The notes below the pieces were generated by a model. The model was not told the origin of the DNA and did not search any database. It saw only the letters and a program-made list of their open reading frames with translations. A stretch of DNA of 58,924 nt, filler included, from Sphacelaria rigidula (lineage: Eukaryota): the NCBI GenBank assembly GCA_964200075.2. It is 3 parts of 3 records of this genome, joined end to end, with 100 filler letters (N's around TTAATTAATTAA, not from the genome) between each part and the next. Parts side by side here need not be neighbours in the genome. Positions count along the whole stretch, not along the records: positions 39,360 to 58,924 come from CAXNAA020000645.1; 2 more parts are not named here. The stretch is one strand, 5' to 3'. Positions 48,931 through 58,924 of this stretch are shown piece after piece (position 1 is the first letter of the stretch; the number at the start of each line of letters is the position of its first letter). The translations under genes and the position numbers were made by a program.

Positions 48931-50129
48931 AGGCAGCTGGTGTGAACGTTGTCAAGATGGGCGCGCTTGGTGCGCGGTGTGCAATGTGAAGAGAAATAAT
49001 TGGCGTACGGGGGGCTACGGCGCCCGCGACAAGGTTTCATAAGGATCAGGAATGTCAGATTTCGAAACCTTGGGACTTGCACAAAACAAAAAAAAACAAA
49101 AATCACTTTGGAGCGAGGAACGGGGCTACAAGAGGGAAAAAGCGCTGGAAAAGAGCGTGTGTGGTGTGTTTACTGCATGCCCCCTGCCTGGGTGATATTT
49201 TAGTCTCACCAACCGATGGCCTCCAGTCCTTATGACCTCCAGAACGGTCTCAGTGACGCTCTGCGGCGGTGCTGTAACACGCTTAGTCCCTCTGAGACCA
49301 GATCCCCAGGACGACCAATGAGGCCCCTGGAGGGGGATTGGTCGTGCTTGGAATACGGTACATATCGCGAAATTGTCCGCGTTCTGGAACTGTGGCGCTG
49401 TGACGCCCAGACACCACTATGAAACCCCGGGATTGGATATCGTTCGAAATGTCGGTGCTGTACACGAGCCAGAATAGACAGTACAGAGAATAAAAAGGTA
49501 CGTCGGACTGCGGAGGATTGCCACGGTTTCCAGCAGGATAATGTGGTTGCCGCCGGGCCGTCCGCCGTTGCCGGCGTTGGCGCGTGTCCCGGTGCCGCCG
49601 GTGCCGCCCTTGCAGCGACGTGGAGACGGTCGGAAAGTGGTGCATGCCCTCTAGAGAGGTCAAAAGGACGGCCATGTACTCACATCGACGCGTCGAGCGA
49701 TCTTGCGAAAATATTTACACGGTCTAAAGGCCTGTCCACTGTCTTCGTGTGGTAAGTCAACGCCCGAGGAGACGGTGACTGCTACTGGGAGTCCCTTATG
49801 CGAGGAACAGGTGAGTGTCATCCAGCAAATGACGAGGTAAGGCAATTGGAAACAACCGTCAACAAGGACGTGTTCCAATGGGCCACTGGCGAAGAGACGT
49901 CAGAACTTGACAACAGTAGCAACTGCGAAAACGACGATGATGTCGTCTCGGACATCCAAAGGAACAACCTGGAAGACACGGGAGTGGAAGAACACTTCTC
50001 ACGGAAGATGGATTTGACCGTGGGTGACCTCAGGACGTGCTTGACGGGCCATCCGTAAGAGCGCCGTTGAATGCTCGTCCAAATAAGTAGCCATAGTAAC
50101 GCGGTGTACGTAATATGTTTGGATTTGGC

Positions 50130-52070
50130 CATGCTGACGTTTCGAGCCGAGCCATCAACGAGGGGAAACTGGGAGGAAATCATATTGTACTGGAACTCTG
50201 TCCCACCCTCCCAGCACTGCGCTGGGTGGCGCGCGGTGCTGAGCGAGTGCGCTGGTGCCACATTTCTAAGTTTCTGACCGTGGTGCTTTTCACAGCCAAT
50301 CGTCCGTTGTGGAGGGGAGGAGGAGTGTACTCACGATCATGCATGCCATAGTCATCAGACTGGAGGGGAGGGGGGGGGGCGCAGACGAAGTTGCGCTCTC
50401 AGCTTCTCAGCACGGCACCGGAAGTCGCGCAATGTTGTGTGAGTGCCGTCCGCTCCATGTTTTGGGCGTGCTTAGGGCTGCACTGGTTTCCGCAGCAAAT
50501 CGTCCCTATGAAGACGGTCAAGAGACGAAATGATATAGCGCTGCCTCACTGCCTCAGTCCCTGGTCACAGCACCAGGTGTAGAGCGGTGCTGACTGAGCG
50601 TATCGATGAGGTGTATTTTACTTGTTTTCTTCCGGTCGTACTCATGTTCGGAGCCAAGCCATTACCATGGGGGAGCAGAGCCGGCGTCATGCGATGCTGT
50701 GTCACCGTCCCCCCTGCAAAGCACAGCGCCGGCTCTAGCGAGGTACCGAGTGAAGTGTATTCATGCCACGCTCTTCGTTTTGGGTCGAGTGATGTTTGCA
50801 GCCGATGGTGCCCACGGCGGGGGCAGAGAGACAGAAAGGCATATGGTACCTTATCACCCCCTCAGCTTCTGAGCACAACGCCGGACGTTTTTGTGTTTCG
50901 GGTTGCACTGACGTTCGCATTCGATGGTCCCCACGGGGAGGGGGTGGTACTAATGATCTTGTATGCCGTAGTCGTGAGACCATTGATATTGCATCCTTAC
51001 AAAGCTGGGACGGTGCACGCCGGGTTTTCGCCGGACCAAGCTCGTAATCACCAAGCGCGAAGCGCCGTGATGTGTTCGGCGAGTCGCATAAAGGGTAAGC
51101 TGCATCTTGCTAACAATGTTCGGCCCGAAGCGTACTGACCATCTTGCAACTGGATGACAGCCTACAAGGAGCTGCTTCATTGTCGGGTATCGCCAATTCC
51201 AGAGAGCTCCGGGTTGCACACTGCCTCATAGGTGTATCAGCATATAGACACTACGTAATACGATCATCTCCTTTTGCGCGGACTTCGGGTTCTCCATCCC
51301 GCACAACTTGATCTACCTCACGGGGAGGGGGTGCAGAGACAAAACCATACGGGACTGTACCATTGTTTCAGCTGCTGGGCACAGTATGGGGAGTGGCGAT
51401 GTCTATATCCATGCCAAATGTATATTTTTATATTTGTTGTTCTGGCTGTGCGCATTTTCGGAGCCAAACTATTACCACGGGGGAGCGTAGCCCAAGTCAA
51501 GTCGTACTATATATGTCTTATCTGCCGAGCACGGCAACGGTTGTCGCTCGGTGCCGAGTGAATTCATGCCAAGTTAATAGTTTTTGACTGCCGTGATTTT
51601 GCAGCCACCCGTGTCCACTGGGGGGGAGGGGTGGGGGGGGGGGGGGGGTACTCATTTGTTGCTTGCCTTAGTCGTTTGATCATTGACCACACATCCCTTT
51701 CGAGACGGAGCATGGTCGGGAGGAGGGGAGGCAGAGACGAATTTGTGTGGTACTACCATCACTATCGCAGATGCTGAGCACAGCGCCGGATGTCGTGTTA
51801 ATGTCCTTTTAGTGCTTTTACTTCGGCCGTGCTGACTATCGCAGCCAATCGTCCCCAAGGAGGGAGAGCAGGGACAACATGATTTGGACTATTTCGTTAT
51901 CTCAGCCGCCGGGCCGGGCACCGGATTTCGTGCGTTGCCGAGTGAATATAATATGCCCAGATTTCTGTGTTGTTCTGCTTTGGGCGTGGTGGTTGTCGGC
52001 GTCAAACCATCATGGGGGACCACAGCCGAAGTCATGCGGTACTGTATCACCAACACATGCAGCCGAACAT
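50130..52070 (+). repeat. Old degenerate array of ~150-190-bp units with an embedded family B copy (50960-51230) and an inverted family C copy
   Basis: Recurring motif (GA)GCACAGCGCCGG at ~50213, 50409, 50566, 50720, 50871, 51526 and 51776. Recurring motif GCAGCCAATCGTCC at ~50292, 50492, 50798, 51601 and 51841. Confidence 0.6.
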
Positions 52071-52422
52071 AAATAAAACTCAAAGTGGATTATTTCGCGC
52101 GACTGGACGATGCGGTCGAAAACTGACGCAATGACAACAAAGCCTACGCCACCATGCCGTAATAGCTCTGGAATGGACATGTAAGCAATCGCACAAAATT
52201 ACCACAAGGTGAATACGGGAATAATATCAATCAAGCAAGAGATAGGTTGAGGCTAAGCCCCTACCCTGCGCCCTCCCGTTGGGACCACAATCATCTCCGA
52301 CCACCCCGACGTACCCCGCTTCTCTCAACCCGCCAAAACCCTAGACCGCGTTGCGCCCACACCCCTACACAAGCGATGCCTTTGGACAGCAAAGAAAGGA
52401 AATCATCGCTCCCTCCTCCGAT

Positions 52423-55400
52423 ACCTGTGCCCCGCTTGTCGCTTCATTGTCCCGCACCGACGACTGCGGCACGATACACCTCCGCCCACCGGGTAGTGTG
52501 ACACCGAATGGGATTCGGTGTCTACAGGGTACACTGGCGGGAATACTCTACAACGACTGAGTGCATGGGCATCTTCCTAGCGAACAATGCGCGATATGCC
52601 TGCGTGTTACACTCGCCGCGCTTTACTTACGCCTGCCACCCCGGAGCGTTCAGGTCCTTCGCTCCCTGGTAACACGCCTTTATGGATGCCCATGCCACGA
52701 AGCCCGAATCAGATGATTTCGTCTGCAAAGACGATGATGTCGAGGTGAGAGGGTAGACCAGGGGAGGGGGAACATTGGGTACGGGACGAGGGAAGGTTAT
52801 GATCAGCGTGCCATCGATGCTTTGAGACATGTTGGGGGGTGGGTACCCCTCGACGAGTTCGGTGGCGTTGCTCAGTCGCCCGTCACACCGCGGCTGCTTC
52901 TCGTGTTCTATCTCCGGTGTTCTGAGCTTTACGTACATGGACACCATTTACGGGGTTTGGCATGGCGTCATAAGTTTTCGAGCGCCTACAATACTCAGGG
53001 GGGTATTCCATGCGCCGTTGCAACCAGGCGCGGCGCCGAAAGACGGGTTGTCCATCGGCGGCTTGCCTTCGCCGTCAGGTGCGGGGCCCGCCAAATGTTT
53101 GCAGACTCGAGGCTGCGATCTCGGCGGGTTGGTTCGTGTTATAGTGCTGGTGAACATGTTTACGCAATGTCTATCGACGCACCAACCGCATCATCGCGCG
53201 TCTAACCACAAACGATATCCGGAAATCGAGTGGAGTCCGAAGCCGTTGTCGAAAGTATTGCGCATCAGCTCTACCCGACCAACAGATACACACTACAGTA
53301 CAAATAATGTGTGTGCATCCAATAACGGATTCAATCTTCCTTGGATAATACCTACGTACTTCGACGCAGTACACGAACGAGAAATGAAAGCAAGTTGACA
53401 GAAGACGGCGCCTGAAGACTCTCGATTTTCCTCTTGCGAGATGGGGCTTGCAGCCTCCGGCAGTCGCGGACGGGTATAAGGCCGATGCGGCGCTAGACAC
53501 CAAGAGGTATCAACGCTATTTCTGCCGCCTGACATATATGTACACACAACAGTTACGTTTATTACAGCATACCGATAACTTTAATTGACTACAGCCGTGG
53601 GGCACCGACGTTCACGATTGTGTTGGTAACGGCAGTACAGGAGTAGGATCTCGTAGCGGAGGGTATCGTACGCCTTCGACCGCAGACGGTAGTGCACCGC
53701 GGTTTCCGATAACCGCCTGTGTCATTTTCGGAACGAACCGAATTAAACACAGAACAGGCTAGTGTTCAGGGTGAATGCTCGAAGTGTATTGCCCACTAGA
53801 TACAGAACGCAAAGATGACCCGAATGAAACATATTTGGTACAATAACGACCCCTCTACGAGCAATCGAACAGTGTGACATGACCAGATCTTTTCTTGCGT
53901 CCTTCGCTGCGAGCTGGTGGTGAAACGTGCTTCTCCATCGATCAGCGACCTTCAAATCGTTCTAAAATTTGACATGCAAATTCCGGACACAGTATGTACC
54001 CAATCTCATCATGAATCAAACCGTAGTTGTCACCATCAGCTAGGGAATCCAACGCAAAAAACTGATGCGAAAATGGTTTGTATGAGATCCAGCTGTACCC
54101 TACAACGTCGTATTTCGGTGATGTGGGGTTTTGGCGCCGTCGGATTTCCCCTGATAGTATGCATCAAAGATCCAGAAAGCCTCTTGACGGTTTCCCTTAC
54201 ACCGGCCGTAAGAAATCTCCGACCATCCTTAAAGTTGGCAGTTTGGTGGATAAAGGTGCTTCAAATAAAAAATATATCGTTGAAGAGCAGTAAGTAGCTA
54301 TGGTACAGGTCGTGTACTCTCGTGACGCTTGTCTCCTGCTCCAAGGTGCTACTTACTGCCTGCGGGGTATTCCCACACACCCTGTGCTGAATACGATTGT
54401 ACTGTGTGATATTCCACTGACCTACATTGCTCTGGTTTGAGTATTCCTACTGTAGCGTTCCATGCCCACCTGGTTTTCAGAGCGACTGCCCGTGGTACTG
54501 CCCCGCGCGGACACCTGCTCCGTGGTTATCGCTGCAATAGCTCCCGCCACGTCCTCACCACACAGATCGGGATGGTCTGGCAGGCCGCCGACTCTCCTTT
54601 CCACTCGCGGACATATAGTCAAGGAAGGGCTCCACTGTTTTTCGGCAGCTTCATAAGGAGTCGCCAACGGCTGCAACAACTTGGGTTGCATACGCTCGGA
54701 TGCGAGAGGAGCGGTTTTCTGCTACCGTAATTAGCTGCCGTATAGCATGTGCGTCGCCGTTTGCCACGTGCATCGTCACCGACTCCTTCAAGGTCTCGTC
54801 ATTCGGATACGCAGAACTCATGGCGGCCGAGTCCTCTATCAGCCGTGGGGCTATCACAATTTTTTGCCACCAACGAGTGGGATTAAATATAACTTGGGTT
54901 TAGTGTAGACTATTCAGCGTGGATAAGCCGGGAACGGGTGCTGCGCTAAATCCAGGTGATCACATGGTGAATCTACCAAGGTTCGGACGAATCATCGCCG
55001 GTTCGATTCACCTAATCCACGACTTTTTAGGTCTGGTTGCTCGAAAGAGAGAAAAAAGTTGACCGCTGGTCAAACAGGTCTCCACGCGATTTCGGCGCCA
55101 TTCTGCGTGCCCGGGCTGCGTGTACCTGGGTTACAACGCTGAAAACAAAGTATAAGGGCTTATTCGTACGGTACGAATCAATTCCACAAAAATCAAGTAA
55201 CTTCCAGACGAATCAATAATTCGTCCGACCCTTGAAACCTATCCTCTTTCGAGACCGATGTCGAATAACCCGATAGTGCCCCGGGAATACATGTTATGCA
55301 GGCTTTCTTTTGGAGGTGCACAATCCTCTTTCAGTCGCTTCACATTAGTTTGGCAGTTACCTGACGTCCCGCTGGCCGTCGGTACTGATTCTCCCGCTAG

Positions 55401-57124
55401 TTGTTGGGGGGGTCGCCGCTGATCGAAAAAAAGAGGCAACTGAACCCAACGGCACACCCGGTTAGTCCCCTCTCGCCCGGAAGGGGTCAATACATTCCTA
55501 CAACACGCTTAGACGCGGTTGACCTATTCCGACATGCCCGTTGCCATAAAACCTACTTGGAAGACTATTTGGACGCGTCGAAGAAGGTTTTGCCAAGCTG
55601 AAACCAAGCACCACAGCGATTGGAACGGTGGATTGAGCATCGCATGTTAAAAGTGGTCGTCGAGGGACCCAGCCGTGGGCAAACAATAGATACACCCAAG
55701 GTGAACAAAACGTGAACGTTCGCCAAAAGGAAAAGATAAGTGACAAAAAAGACCAAACTGAGGGGCAACCTGAGACAAAACAACAATCTGAACCGAACCG
55801 AACCAAACTGAAACCAAGACCAGAACTAAAACTAAAACTAAAACCAAAGCCAAGCGGGAAGGGAAGTGAAAGGAACAGCGAAGAACTAGAAAAGAGAGAA
55901 AAATAAAAATAAAAAACGCCTAAACATGGCGGGCCCCTCAAGCGCGGTTTAACCCTTGGACCGCGAGATTAGTCTCTCTGGATCATGCATACTTTTTTTC
56001 ACTTGAAATTGATGCCGATTCAAGAGAAGACTAACCTCGCGGTCTAAGGGTTAGGATGAAAAAACACCGTGCGTAAAAAGCACATGCACCCGTGCACAGA
56101 AGAAAACAAAAGGCCGTGAGAGCAAACCGTGCCTCACCTATTCTGGAACACGCTACAGTATTCGGGCGTTAGCTCTCACCCATGACCCCTACGAGAGCAA
56201 AGTACAAAACCGCAACTAATGTAGAGCACTGAGAGGGCAAAGATGGCGAGAACTAGGGGGCTCAGTGGTAGAGTTCTCTCTGGCGAACAGAGAAAAAGAC
56301 GGAGAAACAAGAGATGGGCTTGAGCTCTCACCCGTGAGCCCTACGAGAGCAAAGTACCAAACCGCAACCACTGTAGAGCACTGAGAGGGCAGAAATGGCG
56401 AGAAACAGGAGCGAGAGAAAGATCGAGAAAACAAGAGATAGCAGAGGAGAAGGAAAGTGAGGCAGCGATGAAACCGATCGACACAGCAGGGATGTGCAAG
56501 AGCGTAACCAGGGAGCACAGCGAGATGGCAGGCCAAGTAAAATGCCAACAAAGAATAAGAGAGCAATCAACAGCAGAACACTCACTTCTCTCTGTCGAGG
56601 ATTTCCTTGTCGAGGTCGAACACGGGATCATTGGGCGCCTGAGCGAGTCGCAGCACTGAAGAGAGCCGTGGCTGTTATTTAGCAACAGGAAAGTTCGCAG
56701 CCGATCAAGTTTCACCGCGGCACAGGCAATCAACTCAGTTACTCCGCAGAATCTGCATTTCAGAGCTAAGGTATAGTTGTGCAACATTCAACGCAGACAT
56801 GTAAGAGATGCAAACAGGTTCCAGAAGCTTCCCGCACAAAGTCAATGGAATCACAGCACTACTGTGCTGTACTGGGGGATGGCACTATTGTATTGTAATG
56901 CACAGACGTACCCCAACATGAACCATGAAACCGGCACTTGCCAACACCGGCTGATGTGTCCAGTGTCGTGGGGGGCAGACAGCAAGCAGCAGGCTATTTG
57001 AGTCAGCGCTGTCCGTAAACAGTAGACACGGCTTGCAGTTTCCATTAAGATGAACCGATGCGAATTCTCACCGGCAATCGCTCAATTATCTTCCCATCGC
57101 TGCGTTCTGTCTCGCCCATGTTGC
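52423..57124 (-). CDS. Possible intron-rich gene or gene remnant of unknown function
   Basis: Several AG...GT-bounded segments have plausible translations: NMGETERSDGKIIERLP, LRLAQAPNDPVFDLDKEILDRE, AGESVPTASGTS|APRLIEDSAAMSSAYPNDETLK, and ...NAPGWQA|HRIPFGVTLP. A complete in-phase model could not be built. Confidence 0.25.
53935..54185 (+). repeat. Copy of dispersed repeat family A
   Basis: Same motifs as 17040-17290 and 29565-29810. Confidence 0.7.
55953..56050. mobile_element. 98-bp piggyBac-type miniature element (second copy, opposite orientation)
   Basis: TTAA|CCCTTGGACCGCGAG ... CTCGCGGTCTAAGGG|TTAG. The body is the reverse complement of 22821-22918. Confidence 0.8.
56170..56440 (+). 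repeat. Direct duplication (~152-bp period) within repeat family D
   Basis: agctctcaccc.tga.ccctacgagagcaaagtac.aaaccgcaac...tgtagagcactgagagggca starts at 56171 and again at 56323. Confidence 0.8.
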
Positions 57125-58721
57125 CTGCAAACAATTGTAGAGTGGGCACGAGTATCGCGTTGTTCCGGCTATGACGAGGTATACCACCCCCACGGCAAAA
57201 TGATATCATTCTGAACCGGTTCTCTACTACTAGAACCAATATTCTCCTGGGAAAGGTTGGTGAAACAGGTCACTCACAGCGCAGGGGCGGGAGGAAGGTG
57301 AAAAGCCTCGCGGTGGCCTAACGAGGTGCGTCCGTCTCAACTATGCGTTGCGCACATTAGTCGGAGCCCATGTAGTTGTCTGTAGTATTTTGGACGCTCC
57401 TCAGCAAGCATTGCCAACACTGAGAACAAGTGCAGTGACACACACCTACCTGCCTCGGTCTGTACTGAAGCACCTTATTGTACAGCCAGTACAATACAAC
57501 TGTGCTTTGTGCAACATAAGTGCAACTTCATACGACATAATCGACAGCAGTGAAAGGGAGATGCACTACTGATACTTTGTTGTTTTTCTGTGCTGTGGAT
57601 GGACTACAATGAAATTAGGAGGGAAAACTGCTGCACCCAGGGAAGTGGTGGAGCAGGGAGCTTCATGACGTCAGAGGATGTCATCATGCTTGGTTACAGT
57701 AGTATTATTCCGGGCGTCAGTGTCACGTTTCCCACCACCACGCCCAAATGAAGACGTGACAGTCAAAGAAATGGACAGAGGGTTAGATCGCAACGAAAGT
57801 GACACACAGCTGTAGTATGTATCTGAAGCTATCTTCTCGTCGCAGTCTGGCTCAATTTCGCCCAGTACGGCTCACAAACCAGCGATGGATACCCGTCCAA
57901 AAAGGTGTACGAGTAACTACTTGTACAAGCGAAGAAGCCATTTTCTAACATGCCCCTCCTTCACGCGATAGAGGATTACTCACTACCGACGAACGTCACC
58001 AAGCCGACACTCTACGGGCAGGTACAACTAGGTACTAGCCGTCATTCAAGCCTACCCGGGCTTCATTTGAGAGTCGAAACAGTGCAATATCTGCAGTAGA
58101 TGACCTTCCCTTCGCGCGACAAGAGTGTTTGCCACCAGGGAGTAGAGGATTGGTGCACGCTTTTTTCACATAGAGCAATTTGATTTGTGTCAATAGCTAC
58201 CAGGTGTGTCGAAATATTGCCACCTCGTTGAGGGATGTTACAACATGTGAGGTGCGGCGAAAAAACCCATCGGGTCACAGGTGGTGAGTTTCCAAATCGA
58301 GCAAGTAGTAATTGCGCCGCGCCCACTTGGTTTGTAGTTTGTAGCGCGGGGAAAATCTTCTGCACCATACATGCAACGATCAAGATTTGCCACCAGTAGG
58401 AAAGACGTTTCAAACATGTGCTTGCCATTGTCACTGGGGCGGCGCGTGAAGCGTGCTTCCGGATCGCCGCGCATGGTAAAACGCATACTCACGTTCTTGA
58501 GATTCCTTTCGTCAGCAAGACGGTAAGCTGTCGAAAAAATTTGGGTGATACCGCGGAAACGGCGCCAGTGCTTGCTTCGAAGTTTGGTGGGAAATATTTG
58601 AAGGGTTAGGGATGAAGAACATGATCCGATGTTCCTCCAGCGTTCAGCACTTTGAACAGGTGATCCTCGACGTGGAGGATGGAAGTTGGGTGTTCGGTTT
58701 TGATCACCTGCATCCCCCCCC

Positions 58722-58848
58722 CCCTCCGCTCCGTCAATGGTCAAATGACTAAGGCAAGCAGCAAATGAGTACGCCCCCCCCTCCGCTCCGTCTCGAAAGG
58801 GATGCGTGGTCAATGGTCAAACAACTAAGGCAAGCAACGAATGAGTAC
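58722..58848 (+). repeat. Two tandem copies of short repeat family C at the window end
   Basis: gtcaatggtcaaa..actaaggcaagca.c.aatgagtac occurs twice. Confidence 0.85.
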
Positions 58849-58924
58849 GAACCCAGCCCCCCCCCCCCACAAAACAAAAAAACACCCACAAAGAAAAACA
58901 CATACTTGACAAAACGATAATGCC

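Overview
Eukaryotic, intron- and repeat-rich DNA of roughly 50% GC. Gene structure and repeat families point to a brown alga or related stramenopile (inference). The window is almost certainly three unrelated contigs (1-19580, 19681-39259, 39360-58924; 19580, 19579 and 19565 bp). They are joined by two artificial 100-bp spacers of 44 N + TTAATTAATTAA + 44 N. Contig 1 carries the 5' four exons (about 1570 aa) of a very large, mostly disordered protein of unknown function on the minus strand. Contig 2 carries the most interesting gene: 19 phase-consistent minus-strand exons encoding a divergent myosin motor, one IQ-like motif, a charged and acidic/Pro linker, and a C-terminal Tubby domain. The motor has degenerate P-loop, relay and SH1 elements, and the gene uses a GC-AG intron. 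Contig 3 carries the 5' eight exons of an ASCC3/Slh1-like helicase gene, cut off at the contig edge, with a 42-bp tandem array just upstream. The rest is mostly mobile DNA: tRNA-derived SINEs, an RTE-type LINE fragment, a Stowaway-like MITE, 98-bp piggyBac-type mini-elements, several long foldback palindromes, a TIR element with 41-bp palindromic repeats, and a TIR element carrying TTAGGG. No CRISPR array, rRNA or intact tRNA is supported. All gene models were built by hand and none was checked against a database.
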